Part shown: piece after piece, positions 1 through 8,307 of the stretch
Layout: every line of letters begins with the position of its first letter
Numbering within the stretch: position 1 is the stretch's first letter
Virus record (IMG/VR): IMGVR_UViG_3300039076_000082
Coordinates: 20,956 to 84,955 of that record
Strand: one strand, 5' to 3'
Source of the DNA: a virus
Lineage: Duplodnaviria; Caudoviricetes
Length of the DNA: 64,000 bases
The notes under the pieces: generated by a model
Told to the model about the DNA's origin: nothing
What the model saw: only the letters and a program-made list of their open reading frames with translations
Databases searched by the model: none
Program-made: the position numbers and the translations under genes

Positions 1-35
1 GATATACAAATGCTTGTGTCAAAAGAAGAGTATCT

Positions 36-227
36 ATGCTATATTTGAACTGTAGAAACGTACTAACTAAAAACTATAAGTACCAAGTTAGCTATTTACT
101 AATAATGGGGCTAGTATTTCGTAAGCTAGTAAAACTAAAAATACCGTACTTTATTAAGCGTTCAAATTTAAGTAAAGAAGTAATAGAAGAGATTGATAAA
201 ACTGTTAGATTCTTGAATAGGAGTTAG
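36..227 (+). CDS. hypothetical protein
   Basis: 63-aa ORF on the local coding strand, followed by AGGAG and the next gene. Confidence 0.5.
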   Translation: MLYLNCRNVLTKNYKYQVSYLLIMGLVFRKLVKLKIPYFIKRSNLSKEVIEEIDKTVRFLNRS

Positions 228-229
228 TT

Positions 230-415
230 ATAAAAGATAGACAGCTTATAATTGACTACTTAATGAATAACTTCAATTTTAGCTATGAAAATGCTATTAC
301 TTGGATAAGTACTAGTAATGCTAACTTTGGTATGAGTAGTCCTGAAGAGTTAATAGAAGCTGGTAGAGTTGATAAAGTTATGCTATACTTGATAGCAATA
401 AAGGAAGGATATTAG
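230..415 (+). CDS. orphan Xre/MbcA/ParS-like antitoxin C-terminal domain (DUF2384-like); ATA start or in-frame ATG at 263
   Basis: Not in ORF track. Manual translation IKDRQLIIDYLMNNFNFSYENAITWISTSNANFGMSSPEELIEAGRVDKVMLYLIAIKEGY fits the A..W...N..(L/F)G...P..L...G....V...L..I..G pattern; AGGAG at 219-223. Confidence 0.65.
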   Translation: MKDRQLIIDYLMNNFNFSYENAITWISTSNANFGMSSPEELIEAGRVDKVMLYLIAIKEGY

Positions 416-417
416 TT

Positions 418-648
418 ATGACTAAAGATGAAGCATTGGAATTGCTAAACAATAAAAGAGACTATTTTGCTGTAGCATATAATAGAGAAGATATCACAGG
501 TAAAAAAGTAGGCGATAGTGCTATACTTGAAGCGTTAACTGATAAATTATACGACATAAAAAAAGTTTTGGTAGATTTACATTCAATAGATGAAAGTGAC
601 TCACAAATTGGAGAGTTATTAACAATAAGAGTCAAGAGGTTACTGTAG
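418..648 (+). CDS. hypothetical protein
   Basis: 76-aa ORF in a tightly packed gene series. Confidence 0.7.
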   Translation: MTKDEALELLNNKRDYFAVAYNREDITGKKVGDSAILEALTDKLYDIKKVLVDLHSIDESDSQIGELLTIRVKRLL

Positions 649-656
649 GAGTAGTT

Positions 657-782
657 ATGTTTGGTTGCTTTTTTAGACACAAGTTTACGAAATGGTCAGA
701 GATCAGAGTCGATACTGTTGGTTTAAATTATCAGATTAAGACTTGTTTAAGACGTAATTTGAAACAAGTGAGAATTATATAA
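657..782 (+). CDS. small hypothetical protein (41 aa, MFGCFFRHKFTKW...)
   Basis: AGGAG RBS; TAA overlaps the polymerase ATG (TAATG coupling). Confidence 0.55.
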   Translation: MFGCFFRHKFTKWSEIRVDTVGLNYQIKTCLRRNLKQVRII

Positions 783-3325
783 TGACTAAAACTACTGATA
801 CTATTACAACTATAGAAGAACTAGACGAGCTAACAGAATATTTAGTGAATCCTGTAAACAATGATACTATTATTGAAATTAGCGATAGTCATGTTGAAAC
901 CGATAAGTTAATTATCAGCTTTAACGGAAGTATTGCTAAAGAAGCTGTAATCAGAATGACTGATATCGTAATGGGAGAGATCGAATGGGTAGAAGAATCT
1001 TGTAATGGACCGATTGACACATTAACAATTGATGCACTTTTCGGTAAAGATAAACGTGCTAATATTGTAAATATCGCAATCAAAAATGATTTACTTTATT
1101 TATTCTATCTTGATGGTTCAAGCGAAACTATTCCATGTAAATATTTTATTTTATCTTCAACTAAATATGACTCTAAGTTTGAAAGACTTGAAGGTGAAAC
1201 ATTTTATAAATATATTAGATACTTTAATAATTTAGAATCTTATAATTTATTTAAGAAAAATAATTACCATTCAATTTCATCAAAAGTGCTTCATGCCATT
1301 AATGATCCATTACAGCAACAATTATATTTAACAGGAATAACTTTATATAAAGATTTAGAATTTAAGTCATTAAGAATTTTAGGGTTCGATATCGAAACTA
1401 ACGGTGTCATTAAAGATAAAAATTCGTCAATTAAAGTTATTACTAATACTCTCTGGGATGGAAATAGTCTAACTAGAACAATCTTTAGAGAAGATCACTA
1501 TAAGAATGAAGGAGAAATGTTAGTAGCTTGGTCCAACTATGTCCAAGAAGTAAACCCTTCAGTAATGACTGGTCATAATATATTTGGATTCGATTTACCT
1601 TATATGATGCACGTTGCTAAATTGAATAAAGTAGAATTAAATATAAGTAGAGACGGTGGCTCCCCAATTGTCGCAAAAAGAGCTAGAAAATATCGTGTCG
1701 ATGGAAGTCAAACTTGGGACTTTTTTAATATTGAAGTCTTCGGAAGAGATATTATTGATGGTATGTTCTTAGCAGTAAAATATGATGTTGGACGAAACTT
1801 CTCTAGTTGGGGACTAAAATCTATTATTGAAGCTTTAGGGCTAGTTAAAGAAGGAAGGCAATTCTATGATGCATCTAAAATTGGAGAAAACTGGAGTGAC
1901 TTAGTCGAAAGAGAAAAGATTGTTGAATATTGTAAAGATGATGGTGACGATTCTATCAGTATCTTTAATACTATGACTCCTGCGTTCTTTTATTTAGCTA
2001 GGTCCATTCCTAATACGCTCCAAAACATTATTAATAGTGCTTCTGGAAGCTGGTTAAATAGCATTATAGTTAGAGCCTATATGCAGAATGGTAAGTCTAT
2101 AGCAAAGCCTAATGAGCCTACAACCGTTACTGGGGGCATCTCGTTTGGTATCCCCGGCATCCATAAAAATGTGAAAAAAATAGATATTGTCTCAATGTAT
2201 CCCTCAATAATGAGAGAATGGAAAATTTTTGACGATAAAAAAGACCCTGATGCTATTTTTAATAAAATGGTAGAGTGCTATACTTTAGATCGACTAAAAC
2301 ATAAAAAACTTTTTAAAGAAACTAAAAATAGCTACCATGATGATATGCAAGCTTCCTTAAAAATTGCAATTAACTCTTTATACGGATTGAATGCAACTAG
2401 TGGACTCAATTACAATAACTTTCAAAATGCTGATAAAATTACAACATTAGGAAGGCTAATTTTAAGAGCTAGTACAATGTGGGCATCAGGTGAAGACGTT
2501 GACTTTTGGTTTCCAGAATATAAAAACCTTGAGCATGATAATCAATATTTCGATTTATTAAAATTAAAAGATTTTACTTCTCATAATTTTTTAATTGTCA
2601 ATGGTGATACAGATTCAATCTCTTTTAAAAAGAAAGATGAAAGTCCGTTTACAGAAGAAGAAACTAAAACTTTATTAGACGAAATTAATAACATTCTTCC
2701 CAATTTAATTACATTTGAGGATGATGGGACTTTTCCAGTTGTAGTAGTTCTTAAAGCTAAAAACTATGTTTTATATGATGGAAAGAAAGTTAAGTTTAAA
2801 GGTTCAAGTTTACGTTCATCTCGCCAAGAACCTGCACTTAAAGAAATGATGGACCGTATTCTTAAAGACTGCCTAGTTTTTGAAAAAGAAGATTACGTTA
2901 AAGTTTACAACGAATATATTAGGGAAATATTAGATATTAAAGATATATCTCGTTGGGCTAAAAAAGAATCAGTAACAGATACAATGTTTGATAGCGATAG
3001 ACTGACTGAAACAAAGAAAGTTGAAGCTATCTTAGGTATGGGCGCAAAAGTTGGCGACAAAGTATTTTTATACAACGCTTTAGATGGAGAGGAACCAGTT
3101 TTAGATAAAGATGGTAATGAAAAGAAAGATCGAAAAGGTAATACTAAAATGCAACCTAAACGAATTTTAAAGCATATCAGTAATTTTAATAATGATTATG
3201 AGCTTGACCATTATCTAAAAAGATGCTACGATTCAATTAGTATCTTAGAAAATGTAATAGATATGGAAAAAATTATTGATTATACTAAAAAAAAGAATAA
3301 GGAACTTCTTGAGCAGATAAAATGA
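782..3325 (+). CDS. family B DNA polymerase with 3'-5' exonuclease
   Basis: ExoI FDIET, ExoII GHNIFGFD, ExoIII YCKDD; Pol motifs DIVSMYPS, KIAINSLYG, NGDTDS. Confidence 0.96.
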   Translation: MTKTTDTITTIEELDELTEYLVNPVNNDTIIEISDSHVETDKLIISFNGSIAKEAVIRMTDIVMGEIEWVEESCNGPIDTLTIDALFGKDKRANIVNIAIKNDLLYLFYLDGSSETIPCKYFILSSTKYDSKFERLEGETFYKYIRYFNNLESYNLFKKNNYHSISSKVLHAINDPLQQQLYLTGITLYKDLEFKSLRILGFDIETNGVIKDKNSSIKVITNTLWDGNSLTRTIFREDHYKNEGEMLVAWSNYVQEVNPSVMTGHNIFGFDLPYMMHVAKLNKVELNISRDGGSPIVAKRARKYRVDGSQTWDFFNIEVFGRDIIDGMFLAVKYDVGRNFSSWGLKSIIEALGLVKEGRQFYDASKIGENWSDLVEREKIVEYCKDDGDDSISIFNTMTPAFFYLARSIPNTLQNIINSASGSWLNSIIVRAYMQNGKSIAKPNEPTTVTGGISFGIPGIHKNVKKIDIVSMYPSIMREWKIFDDKKDPDAIFNKMVECYTLDRLKHKKLFKETKNSYHDDMQASLKIAINSLYGLNATSGLNYNNFQNADKITTLGRLILRASTMWASGEDVDFWFPEYKNLEHDNQYFDLLKLKDFTSHNFLIVNGDTDSISFKKKDESPFTEEETKTLLDEINNILPNLITFEDDGTFPVVVVLKAKNYVLYDGKKVKFKGSSLRSSRQEPALKEMMDRILKDCLVFEKEDYVKVYNEYIREILDIKDISRWAKKESVTDTMFDSDRLTETKKVEAILGMGAKVGDKVFLYNALDGEEPVLDKDGNEKKDRKGNTKMQPKRILKHISNFNNDYELDHYLKRCYDSISILENVIDMEKIIDYTKKKNKELLEQIK

Positions 3326-3987
3326 TTATTTGCGGTGTTTATCAAATTAAAAATTTAGTAACTGGCGACTTATATATCGGCAGTTCTAATGATATTTTAA
3401 AAAGATTTAAAGATCATAAGAGAAAATTATTAATTAAAAGGCATCATTCTAGATTTTTACAACTTGCTTATAATAAATATTCACTAATTAATTTTGAATT
3501 TACAATAATATGTAAATGTGATAAATTTTTAAAATTGTATATTGAGCAACTTTATATAAATTCAATGAATCCTAAATACAATACCGCCAAATCTAGTTGT
3601 GCTCCAATGGAAGGGAGAAGACATTCAGAAGAACCCAAGTTAAAATTTAAGAATAGAGTAGTTAGAAAAGGAAAAGATAGTCCAAGTTATGGTAAAAAAT
3701 GGTCAGATGAATATAAGAAAAAATGGATAGAAATTAGGACTGGCGAAAAACGCTCAGAAGAATTCAGTAAAAAAGTTTCAAAAAAGAACATAGAAACTAA
3801 TAGTATTAAGTATCTAAAGCCATATCATGAGACTAATCGAAAAAAGGTTAAAAGTTCTGATGGGAATGTATTTAAATCCTTACTAGAGTGTGCTAATTTT
3901 TATAATGTTAAAGTTGCTACAGTGTGTGACGTTTTAAAAGGAAGAAGTAAAACATTAAAACGAAAATTTATTTTAGAATATTGTTGA
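3322..3987 (+). CDS. GIY-YIG homing endonuclease (NUMOD-type C-terminus)
   Basis: GVYQIKN...LYIGSS...R motif; HSEE NUMOD3-like segment. Confidence 0.9.
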   Translation: MIICGVYQIKNLVTGDLYIGSSNDILKRFKDHKRKLLIKRHHSRFLQLAYNKYSLINFEFTIICKCDKFLKLYIEQLYINSMNPKYNTAKSSCAPMEGRRHSEEPKLKFKNRVVRKGKDSPSYGKKWSDEYKKKWIEIRTGEKRSEEFSKKVSKKNIETNSIKYLKPYHETNRKKVKSSDGNVFKSLLECANFYNVKVATVCDVLKGRSKTLKRKFILEYC

Positions 3988-4012
3988 CTATAAAGAAATG
4001 ATAGACTATGAT
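3984..4012 (+). promoter_or_regulatory. sigma70-type promoter
   Basis: TTGACT-17 nt-TATGAT. Confidence 0.6.
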
Positions 4013-4084
4013 TACTATATAGAAGAAGCTAAGAAACTAGCTGATGTATTTACTAATTACAAAGAAATAGAATAAGGAGTAACA

Positions 4085-4408
4085 ATGACAGAAAAAACAA
4101 AATTTAACGATCCTAAACTAATGGAAGCTTATTTAGAACAGGTACTAGATGGTGACTTAAGTGAAGCTCCATATAAGCCTGAAAACATTGACGGAGTAGA
4201 CTTAGAAACCGTAAAACAATGGGGAGGAGAAGGTGAAGGTGACTCTATCGGATATATTCTTAAAGTAACTGAAGCTGATAAATCGGTATTCGTAGAAGTA
4301 ACAGGATACTATGATTCTTATAACGGCTCAGATTTTAGTAGCGCTTCAGTAATTTTGGTAGAACCAAAAGAAGTTACTGTAACAAAATACTTTCCTATCA
4401 AACTATAA
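4085..4408 (+). CDS. hypothetical acidic protein
   Basis: 107-aa ORF with AAGGAG RBS. Confidence 0.75.
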   Translation: MTEKTKFNDPKLMEAYLEQVLDGDLSEAPYKPENIDGVDLETVKQWGGEGEGDSIGYILKVTEADKSVFVEVTGYYDSYNGSDFSSASVILVEPKEVTVTKYFPIKL

Positions 4409-5166
4409 TGAACAATAAAACTATCATCATTGGGAGCTATGCTATCAGTCACCATTTTAGTGACTATAACAGAACTCCTTCTGATATAGACTATGTAGTT
4501 CGTGGACAACAAACTATATTCATAGACGAGCTGTCTAAGCGTCAAGAAATCCATCATGGTAATCATTTTGACTACTTGTTAGATAACAATAAAGACTCAT
4601 TCTTTGCTGATCCTGATATGGTATATACGATCAAAGTATCCCACTTAGCTTGGGACATTAACTTCGACAAACACATGAAAGATGTGATCTTTTTGAAGTC
4701 TAAAGGTTGTAAACTTATTCTTGAGTTTTATAAAACGCTATATAATCATTGGCAAATTGTCCACGGTAGCAAATCATACATAAACTTGAGTCGTCCGGTT
4801 AGTAAATTCTTTCACGATACCATCAGTCGTAAATATGACCACGATTCACTTCATGAGTTAGTAGCTTTTTACGATAGACCTCTCCATGAAAAGATTAGGA
4901 AATCTGTGGATAATGCCCTCCCATCTCAAACTAAATGGAACGAGTTATCGCACGAAGATAAAATTAAATGTAGCCTTGAAGAAATTTATGTGATATTCTT
5001 GGAAAGATATAGCAATTTTCCTATCTCTCATGGGATAGTAAAGGCTATGAAACAGCTAATTACGAGTATGACTAAAGGGTATTTTAACTTGTTTTTAATT
5101 GAGAACTTTGAAGAACTTAGAACATACGACAAAACTCACCTTAAACTGAAAATGGAGCAACTATGA
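4408..5166 (+). CDS. putative nucleotidyltransferase-fold protein (Pol-beta superfamily-like N-terminus)
   Basis: IIGSYA...PSDIDY (hG[S]...DxD) motif. Confidence 0.55.
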   Translation: MNNKTIIIGSYAISHHFSDYNRTPSDIDYVVRGQQTIFIDELSKRQEIHHGNHFDYLLDNNKDSFFADPDMVYTIKVSHLAWDINFDKHMKDVIFLKSKGCKLILEFYKTLYNHWQIVHGSKSYINLSRPVSKFFHDTISRKYDHDSLHELVAFYDRPLHEKIRKSVDNALPSQTKWNELSHEDKIKCSLEEIYVIFLERYSNFPISHGIVKAMKQLITSMTKGYFNLFLIENFEELRTYDKTHLKLKMEQL

Positions 5167-5363
5167 CACCTAATCAACATGACCAACAGACCTCAACAAC
5201 ACTACAAGATACTGCTACTGCTATTATTGCATCAGGAACCAAAACTCCGTTCTCTACTGCTTTCAAAATTACTCTAGGTATCGGACTAGCTAGACTATCG
5301 CTATTCTTATTAGGAGTAGGAGTAATTGCTGGTTCAATTGCTATTTATAACTTGACGAAGTAG
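5163..5363 (+). CDS. small membrane protein
   Basis: C-terminal hydrophobic helix; overlaps upstream stop. Confidence 0.6.
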   Translation: MTPNQHDQQTSTTLQDTATAIIASGTKTPFSTAFKITLGIGLARLSLFLLGVGVIAGSIAIYNLTK

Positions 5364-5371
5364 GAGTAATT

Positions 5372-5596
5372 ATGACAATTCGTTCACCTAGGAAAATTCT
5401 TCAAGATGAGTTTAGTCCAGAACAGATTATTGAAATGGCTAAAAATGTCTTAGAATCTTACAATAGTAATACTTTAAATAAATTGAATCATTTATTTATT
5501 TCTTATTTAGACCAATATCCTATGAATACAAGAAGACGTTTAGCTGAAGAAGCAATTAAAGACTATGCTTTATATATTCTAATAACTTACAAATAA
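5372..5596 (+). CDS. hypothetical protein
   Basis: AGGAG RBS, 74 aa. Confidence 0.65.
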   Translation: MTIRSPRKILQDEFSPEQIIEMAKNVLESYNSNTLNKLNHLFISYLDQYPMNTRRRLAEEAIKDYALYILITYK

Positions 5597-5605
5597 GGAA
5601 TAGCT

Positions 5606-5866
5606 ATGAAACAATTTACTATAAGATTTACTACAGAAAATATTTCAAATTGCGAATGGATATTTGACCAAATCAAAACAGGTAAGTCTTCCAACGGTAT
5701 CTCAATAAATGCTATTGCTGATGGTGACTTATTCCAAAGAGTAGATATTTTAGAGCAACAGATTGATATTTTAATGGACAATAGTTACGATCTTCAAAAT
5801 GAAGAAGCTGAAAATTTTGAAAAGTTAGAAGAAAAATTACAAAATACTTACAAAAGAGAAATATAA
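5606..5866 (+). CDS. hypothetical protein
   Basis: AAGGA RBS, 86 aa. Confidence 0.65.
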   Translation: MKQFTIRFTTENISNCEWIFDQIKTGKSSNGISINAIADGDLFQRVDILEQQIDILMDNSYDLQNEEAENFEKLEEKLQNTYKREI

Positions 5867-5868
5867 CC

Positions 5869-6066
5869 ATGAATCTTCTTCAACTAAACAAAACACTCAA
5901 ATCTACTCCGTATACTCTTCCTAAAGTAAACTACGACTTTTTACAAAAAGTAGTAATAAATTGTGGCAACTCCGATATTGCAATTACTGGAAGGCTGTGT
6001 TACGATCAGTATAAGTTAGCTAAAAAGCTATTACATAGAAATCTATGTAAAACTAAAACAACATAG
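5869..6066 (+). CDS. hypothetical protein
   Basis: 65-aa ORF in packed series. Confidence 0.55.
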   Translation: MNLLQLNKTLKSTPYTLPKVNYDFLQKVVINCGNSDIAITGRLCYDQYKLAKKLLHRNLCKTKTT

Positions 6067-6090
6067 AAAACTATGTAAAAAGGTAGGAAT

Positions 6091-6261
6091 ATGAACAATT
6101 TAACGCAAAAACTTACAACTCAAAAAACTGGTCTAGTAGAGTATTTAAAGCTAAAAGTTCTACAAGAAGATTGGCATGCTGTAGCAGATGCATCTATGGA
6201 CATTCGTGAAATTGAAGCTAAACTTCAGCTACTAAAACAATTAGACGGAGACAGTAAATAA
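6091..6261 (+). CDS. small hypothetical protein (56 aa)
   Basis: Manual translation MNNLTQKLTTQK...LDGDSK; AGGA RBS; below track cutoff. Confidence 0.55.
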   Translation: MNNLTQKLTTQKTGLVEYLKLKVLQEDWHAVADASMDIREIEAKLQLLKQLDGDSK

Positions 6262-6403
6262 TGGCACTTCAAAATATTCCAGACTACTCTATACTATTTG
6301 CAGTAGTATTCTGCGGAGGTTTGCTAGTAGGAGCTACAACAACATTAATTATTACAAGCTTGTCGGAAGCTAGAGAACGAAAAAGAGATAGAAGGGAGTA
6401 GTT

Positions 6404-7432
6404 ATGAAAACAACTACTGAGCTACTCCGCTGGTTCTATAGCAACTATCCTCGCTTAGTTGAGGAAATGAGAAACTGCGACCACAACTTATCCTACGATG
6501 AGCCCAATAGCTATCATTTAGAAGGCGATGTTTGGTGTCATGTTATGATGATTCTGAAACAGATTCAACAAGCTAACTACTTGACTGATTATGATAAGTA
6601 TATCTATTCAGTTATAGCTCTCTGTCACGATTTAGGGAAGCCTGAAGCGCGACAAATCAGAGACGGTAAAGTAACATTCTACAACCATGATGCTATTTCA
6701 GCATTTAAAGCTATCGAAGTACTAAATCACTTAGCACTTTCCCAAGAAGAAAAAGAAGTAATCTTTCAAACTATAGCTCACCATACTCAAGTATTCAGAT
6801 TGACTCGTCAACAATTATTTGACAAGCTACTTGACGCTAAACTTAGAAATACTATAGAAACTTTTGGAGTATTCGACCATGATGGACGTTTTCATGATAA
6901 TCAAGAAGTAGAAAAGTCTTATACTTTATGTGAAGATTTGGTAGTAAAATATAGCTCTCAGAACGCTCCTAAAACTGTTACTGTAATGGTAGGACTTCCT
7001 GCTAGTGGTAAATCTACTTATATTGAACAAAACGCTTCAGAAGGCTCGTTTATCGTATCTAGAGATAGGATTGTAGAAGACTTAGGAGACGGTATTACTT
7101 ACTCTGAGAAGTGGTATAGTGCTAATCAAAAAGAAGTAGATGAAGTGCTTCAAGAAGTATTCAAGCAAGCCAAAAAAGAAAACGAAGTATTTGTCGATAT
7201 GACCCATTTGAGTACTAAGTCTAGACGTAGAACTTTGTCGCATTTCGGTAAAGAGTGGAAGAAGAAGTGTGTGGTAGTACTACCAAGTTTGACCCAACTA
7301 ACTAACAATAGCGAATATCGTAAAAATACTACTGGTAAATTTGTATCGGATAGTGTAGTATTAGAAATGATGAGTAGGTTTAGCAGTCCTACTTATAGCG
7401 AAGGGTTCGATGAGATTGAGTGGAGATTTTAA
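6404..7432 (+). CDS. HD-Pnk: HD-domain phosphoesterase fused to P-loop polynucleotide kinase
   Basis: HLEGDVWCH...CHDLGK HD motifs; GLPASGKST Walker A, SRD and DMTH..R kinase motifs. Confidence 0.85.
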   Translation: MKTTTELLRWFYSNYPRLVEEMRNCDHNLSYDEPNSYHLEGDVWCHVMMILKQIQQANYLTDYDKYIYSVIALCHDLGKPEARQIRDGKVTFYNHDAISAFKAIEVLNHLALSQEEKEVIFQTIAHHTQVFRLTRQQLFDKLLDAKLRNTIETFGVFDHDGRFHDNQEVEKSYTLCEDLVVKYSSQNAPKTVTVMVGLPASGKSTYIEQNASEGSFIVSRDRIVEDLGDGITYSEKWYSANQKEVDEVLQEVFKQAKKENEVFVDMTHLSTKSRRRTLSHFGKEWKKKCVVVLPSLTQLTNNSEYRKNTTGKFVSDSVVLEMMSRFSSPTYSEGFDEIEWRF

Positions 7433-7464
7433 TATGGAAAAAAGTAAAACAAATAGTGGATTTA

Positions 7465-8076
7465 ATGCGTAGAATTGATCTAGTAGGGAAAAGAAAAGAT
7501 AAGTTGGTGGTTATGTCTTTTTTAGAAAAGAGAGGAAAACATTTATATTGGAAAGCGTTATGTGATTGTGGTAAGGAAAACAAAATATCTAGTACAAATT
7601 TTCTTCAAAAAGAAACTGCTTCGTGCGGTTGTACCAGAAATAAAAAAGCTAGCGATAGGTGGAAAGGTCAAAAAAGAAAAAATACACTACCTGAAGGAGA
7701 AGGATCATTATCTTGTTTAATAAATCAATATAAACAAGGGGCTAAATTAAAAAATGTTCCTTTCTCTTTGAGTAGAGATGAATTTAGACAATTGACAAAA
7801 AGTAACTGTTACTACTGCGGAAGAAAACCGGAAAATATCATAAAAGGTAAAAGAAGTAATGGTGAATATGTCTATAATGGAATTGATCGCATAAATTCAG
7901 ATTTAGGTTATTCATATTCTAATTGTGTTACATGTTGCGTTAAGTGTAATACATCAAAAATGGATTATTCTTTTTCAGAATTTATCAATTGGGCTGAAAA
8001 ATTAGCAAATAATTTATTGAAAATGGGAGATATCCAATTAGATGAAGAAGTTTATTTAAAACTGGAAAAATTATAA
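7465..8076 (+). CDS. HNH-type homing endonuclease
   Basis: CYYCG...GIDRINS..GY...NCVTCCVKCN..K; start moved to ATG 7465 (MRRIDLVG) behind a GGA RBS. Confidence 0.85.
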   Translation: MRRIDLVGKRKDKLVVMSFLEKRGKHLYWKALCDCGKENKISSTNFLQKETASCGCTRNKKASDRWKGQKRKNTLPEGEGSLSCLINQYKQGAKLKNVPFSLSRDEFRQLTKSNCYYCGRKPENIIKGKRSNGEYVYNGIDRINSDLGYSYSNCVTCCVKCNTSKMDYSFSEFINWAEKLANNLLKMGDIQLDEEVYLKLEKL

Positions 8077-8084
8077 AAAGTATA

Positions 8085-8113
8085 TTGACAGAATAATATA
8101 AATAAAGTATTAT
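8085..8113 (+). promoter_or_regulatory. sigma70-type promoter upstream of ncRNA candidate, tRNA-His and RNA ligase
   Basis: TTGACA-17 nt-TATTAT; predicted +1 near G8120. Confidence 0.75.
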
Positions 8114-8119
8114 CAATTT

Positions 8120-8211
8120 GTCTAGGTAAGAATATGATTTAGATCGGATTCGAGCCAAAAGAGAAGTTAGAGTATTGAATCATTCTCGTAAACAATACTT
8201 CCACCTAGACA
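8120..8211 (+). ncRNA. candidate structured RNA with paired ends and possible pseudoknot
   Basis: TGTCTAGGT 8119-8127 / ACCTAGACA 8203-8211; GAGTATTG 8170-8177 / CAATACTT 8193-8200; loop AATCATTCT complementary to AGAAT(AT)GATT 8129-8139. Confidence 0.5.
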
Positions 8212-8220
8212 TTTTATATA

Positions 8221-8295
8221 TCCGAGTTCGTTTATGTAGTAAGACGGGAGATTGTGATTCTCCTCAAAAGGGTGCAAATCCCTTACTTGGAACCA
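8221..8295 (+). tRNA. tRNA-His (GUG), non-canonical
   Basis: Full cloverleaf: TCCGAGT/ACTTGGA acceptor, GTTT/AGAC D stem, GGAGA/TCTCC anticodon stem with GTG at 8254-8256, AAGGG/CCCTT T stem, encoded CCA. Confidence 0.9.
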
Positions 8296-8307
8296 TTAAG
8301 GAGCATT

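Noticed and set aside
657-782. Possible frameshift in the T-run of the small ORF before the polymerase
   Set aside because: Recount gives six T; the frame is intact to the TAATG overlap
8254-8307. ORF-track N-terminal extension of the RNA ligase (GTG start)
   Set aside because: The GTG is the tRNA-His anticodon; an AAGGAG RBS precedes ATG 8308
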